From Candidatus Eiseniibacteriota bacterium (GTDB taxonomy: Bacteria > Eisenbacteria > RBG-16-71-46), in assembly GCA_963776245.1 (NCBI GenBank), contig CAVZLN010000003.1, positions 800,001 to 864,000 of the forward strand: a stretch of DNA of 64,000 nt, written 5' to 3'. Every line of letters starts with the position of its first letter. Within the stretch, counting starts at the first letter, position 1. Shown one piece after another: positions 9,403-18,777 of the stretch. Under the pieces are notes generated by a model. That model had not been told where the DNA came from. It ran no database searches and saw nothing but the letters and a program-made list of their open reading frames with translations. A program made the translations under genes and the position numbers.

Positions 9403-11286
9403 CTACTTCCGCTTCACCGGCGCCGCCGCCTTCCCGCCCGCGGGCCGCGCGCGCCCGCCCGCCGGCCGCGTCCGCGGCTGGCGCGCCCGCCACCCCGCCG
9501 CTTCATCCCCGCGCTTCGCCGCGTCGACCAGCGCCCGGGGCACCTTCACCTCCATGGCGAGCAGCGCGTGCGAGAGCGTCTTGCCCTGAGGGTCGAACCG
9601 CAACGAGACCGTGCCGCCGCCGCCGAGCGATTCGTGGAGCAGGAAGTTGAGCGCGCACAGGTTGGGCACCTCGTGGCGCACGACCCGGCCGAGGCACACG
9701 CCCTTGAAGCGCCGCTTGACCACCGCGGCGGTGAGCGTGCGACGGAGCCAGGGGTAGATCTCGGGGGCGCGGGCGATGATGCCGAGGTTGGCGGTGTCGC
9801 CCTTGTCGCCGCTGCGGCCATGCGCCAGCACCGAGAGGGGCGCGGTCACCCGCCGCTGCGCGCCCTTCGCGGCCGGCCACGCGACCTTCGGCAGCGGCGG
9901 CGGGCGCCGCATCGGCACCAGCGGCGTCGGCCATTCGAGCGGGCGCTCGCCGTCGCGGGTCACCAGCGTGGGCTTCACGCGGTCGCGCGGCACCAGCGCG
10001 GGCCAGTACGCCACCACCTCCTGCGCCTGCGGGCGGCCGCCGGTCACTGCCACCCCCGGAGGGCCCGAGAGGATGACCGCGGGCACCAGCTTCGAGAACC
10101 GCTCGATCTTCGACTTGTCCCGGTCGCGCACCGAGAGGCGCAGCAGCACCTCCTGCGGCTCGCTCGGCGCGGCGATCGGGCCCCAGCACGACGAATGGCC
10201 GACGAAATCGGTGTAGCTCTCGGTGAACGTGAGCCCGAGCCGCTTCCAGAACAGCTCGGCGAACGCGTACGCCTTCTCGAGTGCGTCGGGCGCCGAGATG
10301 ATGAGCGTGCCGCTCGCCTTCCAGCCGTCGAAGTAGGAGGCGCTCACCTTGAGGTCGGGCGGCGCGGGGCGGCCCTTCACGCCCCACACGCGCACGCGGT
10401 CGCGGCCCGCGGGCTCGAGGCGGATGCTGGCGAAGTCGGCCACCACGTCGGGCGTGATGTAGGCGCGCGGGTCGCCCATCTCGTACACCAGCTGCTCCTC
10501 CACCGTGCGCACCGTGACCGCGCCGCCGGTGCCGGGATGCTTGGTGACGATGAACGAGCCGTCCGCGGACACCTCGAGCACCGGGTAACCGATGGACGCG
10601 AAGCGCTGGATCCCGCGCCAGTCGCTGAAGTTGCCGCCGGTACTCTGCGCCCCGCACTCGATGATGTGCCCGGCCACGATGCCGGCAGCGAGGCGGTCCC
10701 AGTCATCGGGCGCCCAGCCGAACGCGTGGAGCATGGGCGCCAGCGTGATGCCGGTGTCGGTGCAGCGGCCGGTCACCACCACCTGCGCGCCGCTCTTCAG
10801 CGCCTCCGCCACCGGCCACGCGCCGTAGTACGCGTTCGCCGACGACACGCGATCGCGCACCGCGGCGAACGGCGCGCCGGTGTCCATGTCGTTCAGCGTC
10901 ACCCCGGCGGCGTTCATCTCGCCCAGCCGCGCCATCAGGTCGTCGCCGATCACGGCGGCGACCTCGAGCGTGCGCCCGTGGCGCTGCGCCATCTCGAGCA
11001 GCGCGCCGCGGCACGCGCGCGGGTTCACGCCGCCGGCATTGGTGATCGCGCGCGCGCCGCGTGCCGCCAGCAGCTCGAGCGATTCCTCGACCTGAGCGAC
11101 GAAATCGCGCGCGAAGCCCGCGCGCGGGTCGCGAGCGCGCTGCTTCTGCATGATCGACATGGTGATCTCGGCCAGGAAGTCGAGCGTCACGTAGTCGACC
11201 GGGCCGAGTTCGAGCTGGCGGCGGAACTGGGCGAGGTCGTCGCCCCAGTAGCCGCCGGCGTTCGCGATGCGGATGACGTCGGACAT
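9403..11286 (-). CDS. atuA: AtuA family (DUF1446) acyclic terpene utilization protein with fused C-terminal AtuA domain
   Basis: IRIANAGGYWGD, DFLAEITMS, GHIIECGAQSTGGNF, HGRSGDKGD, LGGGGTVSLRFDPQGK. Confidence 0.88.
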   Translation of the reverse strand: MSDVIRIANAGGYWGDDLAQFRRQLELGPVDYVTLDFLAEITMSIMQKQRARDPRAGFARDFVAQVEESLELLAARGARAITNAGGVNPRACRGALLEMAQRHGRTLEVAAVIGDDLMARLGEMNAAGVTLNDMDTGAPFAAVRDRVSSANAYYGAWPVAEALKSGAQVVVTGRCTDTGITLAPMLHAFGWAPDDWDRLAAGIVAGHIIECGAQSTGGNFSDWRGIQRFASIGYPVLEVSADGSFIVTKHPGTGGAVTVRTVEEQLVYEMGDPRAYITPDVVADFASIRLEPAGRDRVRVWGVKGRPAPPDLKVSASYFDGWKASGTLIISAPDALEKAYAFAELFWKRLGLTFTESYTDFVGHSSCWGPIAAPSEPQEVLLRLSVRDRDKSKIERFSKLVPAVILSGPPGVAVTGGRPQAQEVVAYWPALVPRDRVKPTLVTRDGERPLEWPTPLVPMRRPPPLPKVAWPAAKGAQRRVTAPLSVLAHGRSGDKGDTANLGIIARAPEIYPWLRRTLTAAVVKRRFKGVCLGRVVRHEVPNLCALNFLLHESLGGGGTVSLRFDPQGKTLSHALLAMEVKVPRALVDAAKRGDEAAGWRARQPRTRPAGGRARPAGGKAAAPVKRK

Positions 11287-11523
11287 GGCGTGGGTCCCGC
11301 GGGTCGGGGTGGCGCCGCGCGCGGCGGCATCGGCGTGGGCGCAAACTCGCACGGGCGGCGGGGGAGCGTCAACTTCGGCCGCCGGTGGGCGAGCGCCGCC
11401 GGACGATTGTCGGGACGCGGTCCGGGCGCTACCCTCGCCGCCTGTTTCGCGAGCCGGCCGAACCGGCCCGCGCGCCGGAGCCCGGTCGAGCGGCCGGCGC
11501 GCTGTGTCGAAGGGAACGCATCC

Positions 11524-13188
11524 ATGTGGAACGTCCGACGCCGAAGCCCCGGGCCACCGCCCGCACCGCCCACGAGCGCGGAGATCGTCGCCGATCTGCT
11601 GCTCGCCTCCGCGGTGCTCTACGGGGTCATCACGGTGGCGTTCCGCGCCATCGACTCGCTGGTGGTGCGCTCGTTCGACGACGCGTTCTACTTCTCGCGC
11701 ATCGCCGAGAACCTCGCGGGCGGGCTCGGCTCCACCTTCGATGGGATCCACCCGACCAATGGGTACCAGCCGCTGTGGCAGTGGATGCTGGTCCCGCTGT
11801 TCAGCGCGCGCGGGTGGCGCCCCGAGACGCTGTTCCGGCTCCAGCTCGCGTATCAGGTGGTGCTGCTGGCGGGCGCCGGACTGCTGTTCCGGCGGCTGAT
11901 GCGCACCTTCGTGGGCGGCTGGCCGGCGGCGGTCGGCATGGTGCTGTTCGTGTTCCTGGTGTTCCACCCGTCGCTCAACGGGATGGAGACCGCGCTCCAG
12001 GTGTGCGCCCTCGTGCTGCTGCCCGCGTTCGCCTGGCGGTCGCGCGCGCTCGGTGACGGCGGTCCGCGCGCCGCGTTCGGACTCGGGCTGCTGGTGGGTC
12101 TCGCGGTGCTCGCACGCCTCGACCTGGTGTTCCTGCCGCTGGTCCTCGCGGTGACCGGGCTGGCGCAGTGGCTCGCGGGGCGCGAGCCGCGCGCGGCGGT
12201 CGCGGCGCGCACCGCGGCACTGATGGCGGGCGTCGCGCTGGTGGTAGTGCCCTACCTGGCATGGAACCGCTGGGCGTTCGGCTCCTGGGTGCCGATCAGC
12301 GGCATGCTCAAGTCGAGCTTCCCGGCGATCGACATCGTGAGCTCGCCGCCCGCCCGGCTCGGCGTGCGCGGCATGTTGCACCTCGGGCTCGCGGGGCTGT
12401 TCCTGGTGACGTGGGCCGCGGGGCTCGGCCGCCGGGCGCAGGACCCGGCCCGCCGCTACTGGCAGGGGATGCTCGCGATCGCCTGCGGCACGCTGTTCCT
12501 CCACCTCCTGTATTCCACCCTCTTCATGAGCTGGGGCGTGTTCCGCTGGCACTTCCTGTGGTACGCGCTGGTCACCTGCATGGTGGTGCCCGAGGGGCTG
12601 CGCGCCGCGGCCGCGTGGGAGCGGCGCCGGGGGCGCGTGCGAGCCGCGTGGGCCGAGGCGGGCGCGATGACCCTGGTGGCGCTGCTGGCGCTCGCCGGGG
12701 TGCGCGAGGTGCTCCAGAAGGACTACGCGCGGCTGCCCTACACCTGGCACCAGGCCGCGTACGAGGCGAGCCTCTGGACCCGCGACCACGTGCCGGCCGA
12801 CGCGGTGATGGCGATGCACGATGCCGGCCTGTTCGGCTACTTCAGCCGGCGGCGCGTGGTGAACCTGGACGGCGTGGTGAACAATCTCGAGTACCAGCGC
12901 ACGCTGAGTGAGCACCACCTCGGCGACTACCTGCGGCGGAGCGGCGTGCGCTACCTGGTGAAGCACGACTTCGGTCACGTGGACAACGGCGGCAGCCTCG
13001 ACATCCACACCTACGACCACGCCCTCTACCAGGTGCTGAGCCGCCTCCACCACACGTGGAGCGACACGCTCTGGCTCGACCGCGCGCGCGAGGTCTACCG
13101 CTCGGCCGAGCACGTGTACCAGGGCCGGGCCATGGTGCTCGCGATCTGGGAGCTGCCCGCGGTCGCCGAGGGCGCGAAGGCGCGCTGA
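11524..13188 (+). CDS. Polytopic membrane GT-C-like glycosyltransferase (PMT/ArnT-like)
   Basis: DDAFYFSRIAENLAGGLGSTFDGIHPTNGYQPLW after TM1; NGMET, LARLD, DAGLFGY...NLDGVVN; many TM helices. Start uncertain. Confidence 0.75.
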   Translation: MWNVRRRSPGPPPAPPTSAEIVADLLLASAVLYGVITVAFRAIDSLVVRSFDDAFYFSRIAENLAGGLGSTFDGIHPTNGYQPLWQWMLVPLFSARGWRPETLFRLQLAYQVVLLAGAGLLFRRLMRTFVGGWPAAVGMVLFVFLVFHPSLNGMETALQVCALVLLPAFAWRSRALGDGGPRAAFGLGLLVGLAVLARLDLVFLPLVLAVTGLAQWLAGREPRAAVAARTAALMAGVALVVVPYLAWNRWAFGSWVPISGMLKSSFPAIDIVSSPPARLGVRGMLHLGLAGLFLVTWAAGLGRRAQDPARRYWQGMLAIACGTLFLHLLYSTLFMSWGVFRWHFLWYALVTCMVVPEGLRAAAAWERRRGRVRAAWAEAGAMTLVALLALAGVREVLQKDYARLPYTWHQAAYEASLWTRDHVPADAVMAMHDAGLFGYFSRRRVVNLDGVVNNLEYQRTLSEHHLGDYLRRSGVRYLVKHDFGHVDNGGSLDIHTYDHALYQVLSRLHHTWSDTLWLDRAREVYRSAEHVYQGRAMVLAIWELPAVAEGAKAR

Positions 13189-13593
13189 GCCGTCCGCGCC
13201 GAAACGCGAACACGGCCCGGGGCGCGACATCCACCCCGGACCGTGCGTTGCGCGCGAGCGACTCCAGCGCGTTCGTGGGCTCACGCGCCTGTTGCTTACC
13301 GGCCGCCGGCCAGCGGCCCGCGTCACATGCCCGCGAGATCCATCGGACCCGACGACAGGATGGACCGGAACCACCGCGGAGAGGATGCCTCCTCTGGGAG
13401 ACGGTGCCGCCCGCCGCTGGGGGCGGCGGTGTGCCCGCGCCCTGGACGTGACGGGCCGGCTCCCGGGCGCCCGCCGGCCCGGTGCGCGGTCATTGCCCAG
13501 CCCCATGCCGCATGCTAGGTTGCGCGCCATCGCATTCCCTCCGGCAGGCTCCGCGGCCACGCCCTGGGGCCCATCGCTCTCCATGAGGTGCCC

Positions 13594-14175
13594 ATGTCCT
13601 CCACCACCCGCACGCTCACCCTCGCCGACCTCGCCCTGCCACGCGCCGGCTGGGCCCACAACGTCCTGCTGGTGCTCGGCGCCGGGCTGGTCACCGCGCT
13701 GGCCGCGCGTCTCGCGCTGCCGCTGCCGTGGTCGCCAGTGCCGTTGACCGGGCAGACCTTCGCGGTACTGCTCTCGGGCGCGGTGCTGGGCGCGCGCCGC
13801 GGCGCGCTCGCGCAGGCGCTCTACGTGGCGCAGGGCGCGCTCGGACTGCCGGTGTTCGCCGCCGGGGCCGCCGGGCTGGGCGGGCCGAGCACCGGCTACC
13901 TTCTCGCGTTCCCGCTCGCGGCGTTCATCACCGGCGCGCTCGCCGAGCGCGGGTGGGACCGTCGTTTTCCCACCACCGTGGCGGCGATGCTGCTGGGCAG
14001 CGCGGTGATCCTCGCGAGCGGGCTGGCCGGGCTGGCGGTGGTCTTGCCGCGCGCCCAGTGGGTGACCGCGGGCCTGCTGCCGTTCGTGCCCGGGGACGTG
14101 GTGAAGTCGGTGCTCGCGGCGCTGGTGCTTCCGCGTCTCTGGAGACTCGCGCGCCGCGGCGGGAACACGGAGTGA
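13594..14175 (+). CDS. bioY: Biotin ECF transporter S component BioY
   Basis: SPVPLTGQTFAVLLSG, GLPVFA, GPSTGYL, PFVPGDVVK. Upstream promoter-like TTGCCC-N17-TAGGTT at 13493-13521. Confidence 0.93.
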   Translation: MSSTTRTLTLADLALPRAGWAHNVLLVLGAGLVTALAARLALPLPWSPVPLTGQTFAVLLSGAVLGARRGALAQALYVAQGALGLPVFAAGAAGLGGPSTGYLLAFPLAAFITGALAERGWDRRFPTTVAAMLLGSAVILASGLAGLAVVLPRAQWVTAGLLPFVPGDVVKSVLAALVLPRLWRLARRGGNTE

Positions 14176-15032
14176 CGGTCCGCACCATCGGCGTGCTGGG
14201 CGCCGGCTCGATGGGCCGCGGGATCGCCCACGTCGCCGCGCTCGGCGGATTCGACACGCGCCTGCAGGACTCCAGCCCCGACGCGCTCGCGCGCGCGGTC
14301 AGCGCGATCCACGTCCTCCTCGACCAGGGCGTGACCTCCGGCCGGGTGGGCGCGGACGACGCGGCGGCCGCCAAGCGCAAGCTCACCCCGGTGGCCACGC
14401 TCGAGGACGCGGCCCGCGATGCCGACCTGGTCATCGAGGCGGTGCCCGAGCGCATCGAGCTCAAGGTGGAGGTGTTCGCGGCCCTCGATCGCGTGGCGCC
14501 GGCGCACGCGCTGCTGGCGTCGAACACCTCGTCGCTCTCGATCACCGAGATGGCCGCCGCCACCACGCGCCCGCGCCAGGTGCTGGGCATGCACTTCTTC
14601 AATCCCGTCCATCGCATGAAGCTGCTCGAGGTGGTGCGGGCCCTCGAGAGCGGTGAGGAGGCCGTCGCCGCCGCGTGCGAGGTGGGCCGGGCGATGGGCA
14701 AGGAGTGCGTGGTGGTGCGCGAGTCGCCCGGATTCGTGACCAGTCGCATCAACGCCATGATCGGCAACGAGGCGTTCTACCTGCTGCAGGAAGGCGTGGC
14801 GAGCGCCGCGGACATCGACCGGGCGCTCCGGCTGGGGCTCAACCATCCGATGGGGCCGTTCGAGCTGGTGGACCTGGTGGGTCTCGACACGCGACTCGCG
14901 ATCCTGCGCTTCCTGCACCGCACGCTGGGCGAGAAGTTCCGTCCCTGCCCGCTCATGGAGCAGTACGTCGCGGCCGGCAGGCTGGGCCGCAAGGTCGGCC
15001 GCGGGGTGTACGAGTACGAGGGGGCGGGGTGA
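14172..15032 (+). CDS. 3-hydroxyacyl-CoA (3-hydroxybutyryl-CoA-type) dehydrogenase
   Basis: GVLGAGSMG, EAVPE, ASNTSSL, GMHFFNPV, HPMGPFELVDLVGLD; GTGA overlap with bioY. Confidence 0.93.
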   Translation: MTVRTIGVLGAGSMGRGIAHVAALGGFDTRLQDSSPDALARAVSAIHVLLDQGVTSGRVGADDAAAAKRKLTPVATLEDAARDADLVIEAVPERIELKVEVFAALDRVAPAHALLASNTSSLSITEMAAATTRPRQVLGMHFFNPVHRMKLLEVVRALESGEEAVAAACEVGRAMGKECVVVRESPGFVTSRINAMIGNEAFYLLQEGVASAADIDRALRLGLNHPMGPFELVDLVGLDTRLAILRFLHRTLGEKFRPCPLMEQYVAAGRLGRKVGRGVYEYEGAG

Positions 15033-15791
15033 GCGCGGCGCGCAGGCGTCCGGCGAAGCCGAAGGCGGCGCGGCGAAAGACAGCCAGGACCCGGGCGGCG
15101 GCCAAGCCCGCGCGCACGCGCACGCCGGCCAAGCCCGCGCGCGCTCGCACCCCGGCGCAAGCCCGCGCGAACTCGCACGCCGGCCAAGCCCGCGAGCGCT
15201 CGCGCTGCGAAGCGCCCTGCGCTGGTGCTGGTGCGACGTGAACCGCCGCGCGCCCGGCGCGCCGCGCGGTCGGCGGTGCCCCGACTTCCGGCGCCGCCCG
15301 CGTTCGCGGGCGCAAAGGCCGGCGCCTCGGCCCGCGAACTGGTGCTGTTCGAGCTGGTGCGCGCGCGCGTCGCGGTGCACGCGGCGCTGCAGGGGCTCAC
15401 CGAGGCGTCGGCGAACGTCCCGATGGCCCCCGGCCGGTGGTCGCCGCGCCAGGTCGCGCTCCATCTGGTGTCGTGGGACCGCGAGGCGATCCTATTGCTC
15501 GAGGCCGCTTACGCGCGCGACGCGCGCCCGACCTTCGACCGGGCACAACTCGAGGTCATCAACGCGGCGGGGCTGGCCCGGCTGGAGCACCATTCCTGGG
15601 AGGAGGCGTGGCGGCTCCTCCACGAGGCGCGCGACGATCTGCGCGCGGCGCTGGAGACCATCCCCGACGAGCCGGCGCAGGTGTGGTCGGAGGAGCACGC
15701 GGTGGGCTGGCTGGCCCGCTTCATCGCCTGGCACGACCGTCATCACGCCGACGCGCTCAAGGCCGCGCGGATCGCGACCCCTTCTCGCTGA
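15029..15791 (+). CDS. DinB/ClbS-like four-helix-bundle protein with K/R/A/P-rich repetitive N-terminus; +1 frameshift at about 15157
   Basis: GTG 15029 overlaps the upstream stop. Removing the extra G in repeat copy 3 joins it to WSPRQVALHLVSWD...WHDRHHA. Confidence 0.7.
15101..15194 (+). repeat. 27-bp tandem repeat encoding AKPARTRTP (about 3.5 copies)
   Basis: gccaagcccgcgcgcacgcgcacgccg-type units at 15101, 15128, 15155 (28 bp) and a partial unit at 15183. Confidence 0.85.
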
Positions 15792-15903
15792 CGACGCCGG
15801 TTTCCTCGACACCGCGTGCGGGTCGCGGCATCATATCGGCCAGCGCCTCATCGACCGCCCGCGCGATCCCGCGCGGCGCCCACGCACGACGCGGAGATCC
15901 TGC

Positions 15904-17367
15904 ATGACCGACGACACCACCCCGCTGCGCGCCGGCAAGCTCATCATCGATGGGAAGGCGGTCGATGCGGTCTCGGGCCGCACCTTCACCACCATCAACC
16001 CGGCCACCGAGGCGCCCCTGTGCGAGGTGGCGGAGGCGGGGGCCGAGGATGTCGATCGCGCGGTGCGCGCCGCGCGCGCCGCGTTCGAGGGCGGGCCGTG
16101 GTCGCGCCTGCGGGCGGCGGAGCGCCAGCGCATCCTGTGGACGCTCGGGGACCTGATCCTGGGTCATGCCGACGAGCTGGCGCGGCTCGAGACGCTCGAC
16201 AACGGCAAGCCGATCTTCGAGTCGCGCCAGGTGGACATCCCGATGGTCGCCGGGTGCTTCCACTACTTCGCGGGCTGGGCCACCAAGCTCACCGGCGAGA
16301 CGGTCCCGGTGAACCCCGCGTTCCTGACCTACACGCTGCGCGAGCCGGTCGGCGTGGTGGGCGCGATCATCCCGTGGAACTTCCCGATGATCATGGTGGG
16401 CTGGAAGTGCGGCCCGGCGCTCGCGGCGGGGAACACCGTCGTCCTCAAGCCCGCCGAGCTGACGCCGCTCACCGCCATCCGCATCGGCGAGCTGGCGCTC
16501 GAGGCCGGCCTGCCCCCGGGGGTGCTCAACATCCTCCCGGGCAAGGGCTCGGTCGCGGGCGAGGCGCTGGTCGCGCATCCGGGGGTGGACAAGATCTCGT
16601 TCACCGGCTCGACCGAGGTCGGGAAGCGCATCGTCCGCAGCTCGGCGGACACGCTCAAGAAGCTCACGCTCGAGCTCGGCGGCAAGTCCCCCAACATCGT
16701 GTTCGCCGACGCCGACCTCGACGCCGCGTTGCGCGGCGCGACCACCGGCATCTTCTACGGCAAGGGCGAGGTGTGCGCCGCGGGCTCGCGCCTGCTGGTG
16801 GAATCGGCCGTGTACGACGAGTTCGTGTCCCGGCTCGCCGAGCGCGCGAAGAAGGTGTTGCCCGGCGACCCGCTCGATCCGAAGACGCGGCTCGGCGCGC
16901 TGGTGAGCCGCGGGCAGATGGACAAGGTGCTGGGCTACGTGAAGGCCGGCGTGGACGAGGGCGCGCGGCTGGTGGCGGGCGGCGCGCGCGCCCCGATCGA
17001 TGGCAAGGGCTGGTTCGTGCCGGGGACGGTGCTCGCCGACGTGGACAACCGCATGCGGGTGGCACAGGAGGAGATCTTCGGCCCGGTGCTGGCGGTGATC
17101 CGTTTCGACGGGGTCGACGACGCGGTCGCCCAGGCCAACGACGTGGCGTTCGGCCTCGCCGCCGGCGTCTGGACCCGCGACGTCAAGAAGGCGCACGCGG
17201 TCGCGCGCCGCCTCCGGGCGGGCACGGTCTGGATCAACACGTACAACCTCTACGACCCCGCGATGCCCTTCGGCGGGGTGAAGGCGTCGGGTTTCGGCCG
17301 CGACCTCGGCGCGGACAGTCTGCGCGAGTACACCCAGGTGAAGAGTGTCTGGACCAGCATCGAGTGA
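15904..17367 (+). CDS. NAD(P)-dependent aldehyde dehydrogenase
   Basis: IPWNFP, FTGSTEVG, LELGGKSP, GEVCAAG (catalytic Cys), EEIFGPV, PFGGVKASG. Confidence 0.96.
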   Translation: MTDDTTPLRAGKLIIDGKAVDAVSGRTFTTINPATEAPLCEVAEAGAEDVDRAVRAARAAFEGGPWSRLRAAERQRILWTLGDLILGHADELARLETLDNGKPIFESRQVDIPMVAGCFHYFAGWATKLTGETVPVNPAFLTYTLREPVGVVGAIIPWNFPMIMVGWKCGPALAAGNTVVLKPAELTPLTAIRIGELALEAGLPPGVLNILPGKGSVAGEALVAHPGVDKISFTGSTEVGKRIVRSSADTLKKLTLELGGKSPNIVFADADLDAALRGATTGIFYGKGEVCAAGSRLLVESAVYDEFVSRLAERAKKVLPGDPLDPKTRLGALVSRGQMDKVLGYVKAGVDEGARLVAGGARAPIDGKGWFVPGTVLADVDNRMRVAQEEIFGPVLAVIRFDGVDDAVAQANDVAFGLAAGVWTRDVKKAHAVARRLRAGTVWINTYNLYDPAMPFGGVKASGFGRDLGADSLREYTQVKSVWTSIE

Positions 17368-17377
17368 GGAGGCTGTC

Positions 17378-18490
17378 GTGGACCGTCTGCTCTACGTGAT
17401 CGTGCATACCACCGACCTCGAGGCCACCACGCGGTTCTACCGCGACCAACTCGGCCTCGAGACCGCGCAGCAGAACCCCCACTGGGTCGACTATCGGACC
17501 GGAGGCGCGCGTCTCGGCACCCTGGAGGTGCATCCGGGGATGGCGTGCGAGATCGAGGTCTCGCTGCACGCGCCCGATCTCGAGTCCACGGTCGAGTCGC
17601 TGCGGGCGCGCGGCGTCCGGTTCATGGGGGAGATCAAGACCATCCCGTTCGGCCGGGTGGCCCACCTGCGCGATCCCAACGGCACGCTGATCTCGCTCTA
17701 CGCCCCGCTCCAGGTGCCGCACATGCTCGAGGGGCCGATGGCCCTCACGCTCACGATCAACGCCGACGACTTCAACACCACGGCGGCCTTCTACCGCGAC
17801 GTCCTGCGGCTCGGGGTGGCGGACGAGCATCCCGGCTGGATCGAGTTCGAGACCGGCGGAACGCGCCTCGCGGTGCATCGCCGCGCCCGCGGCGGCGACG
17901 CTCCCGAGCACGCGGTCCAGAAGGTGGTGGCCGGCTTCGAGGTGGCGAATCTCGATGACGCCGCCGCGGCGACGCGCGCGCGCGGGCTTCACTTCAGCAC
18001 CGCTCCGACCGACGCCGACTTCGGGCCCTATGCCGAGGCGACGGATCCGGAGGGGAACGTAGTGGTGTTGCGGGAGCCCGCACTGGAGCCCACGCTCGAA
18101 GAGGTGCTGGCCGAGGGGTACGACGACGGCGACGCGCCGGCCCGCATCGCCATCCGCAAGCCGGTCCACAAGCAGTCGAAGGCGATGAGCCGCGTGGTCA
18201 TCAAGCCGGACTACAAGCCGCGCAAGAAGGCGGCCCCGAAGCCGGCGGCGGACGCGGCGCGCGCGGAGCGCAAGACGGCCGTCGCGTCGAAGCGGGGAGC
18301 CGGCCCGCAGGGCGCGCGCCTCAAGCCGAAGACCACGCGCGACGTGAAGCGGGCCAAGGCCAAGCCGGCCGCGGGGCGCGCCAAGAAGGCATCGGCGCGC
18401 ACGGCGGTGGGGAAGAAGCGCGCGGTGGCGAGGGCCAGCAAGACTCGCCCGGTGAAGAAGGCGGCCTCGCGCGTGGCGCGCAAGCGCTGA
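17378..18490 (+). CDS. Tandem VOC/glyoxalase-domain protein with histone-H1-like K/A/R-rich C-terminal tail
   Basis: Two FYRDxLGL...DPxGN/T units, followed by about 110 aa of low-complexity KKAAPKPAA...; RBS GAGGAGG. Confidence 0.85.
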   Translation: MDRLLYVIVHTTDLEATTRFYRDQLGLETAQQNPHWVDYRTGGARLGTLEVHPGMACEIEVSLHAPDLESTVESLRARGVRFMGEIKTIPFGRVAHLRDPNGTLISLYAPLQVPHMLEGPMALTLTINADDFNTTAAFYRDVLRLGVADEHPGWIEFETGGTRLAVHRRARGGDAPEHAVQKVVAGFEVANLDDAAAATRARGLHFSTAPTDADFGPYAEATDPEGNVVVLREPALEPTLEEVLAEGYDDGDAPARIAIRKPVHKQSKAMSRVVIKPDYKPRKKAAPKPAADAARAERKTAVASKRGAGPQGARLKPKTTRDVKRAKAKPAAGRAKKASARTAVGKKRAVARASKTRPVKKAASRVARKR

Positions 18491-18713
18491 GCCGGGCCTT
18501 CCTCCGGGATCGACGACCGTCGCCCCATCCGGGTGGCGGTCGTCGTCGCGACGGCCACCGGGACGACCGGAAAGAAAAGCCCACGGGCGCCTTCGCCGCC
18601 TGTCCCCCGACCATGACGGATCCAGCACCCGTGGTTTCAAACTCGGGTTCGCGCGGCCACAGACGCCGTGGTTCCCCGTACGGCACTGTGGGACATCGCG
18701 GCGCGTGCCGGGA

Positions 18714-18768
18714 TGTCTCATCTTGGAGACAGGACCGCATTGCCGACGCGGCGCCGCTCCCATAGACT
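18714..18768 (+). promoter_or_regulatory. Palindrome TGTCTC-N6-GAGACA followed by sigma70-like promoter TTGCCG-N17-TAGACT
   Basis: Palindrome at 18714-18731; -35 at 18740-18745; -10 at 18763-18768, 9 nt before ATG 18778. Confidence 0.5.
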
Positions 18769-18777
18769 ATGAGCGCG

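Noticed and set aside
15101..15194. Tandem repeat as a CRISPR array
   Set aside because: The units are contiguous 27-mers without spacers and encode an in-frame peptide repeat.
18600..18770. sigma54 -24/-12 promoter near the NtrC-like operon
   Set aside because: No GG-N10-GC match within a TGGCAC...TTGC context was found by eye.
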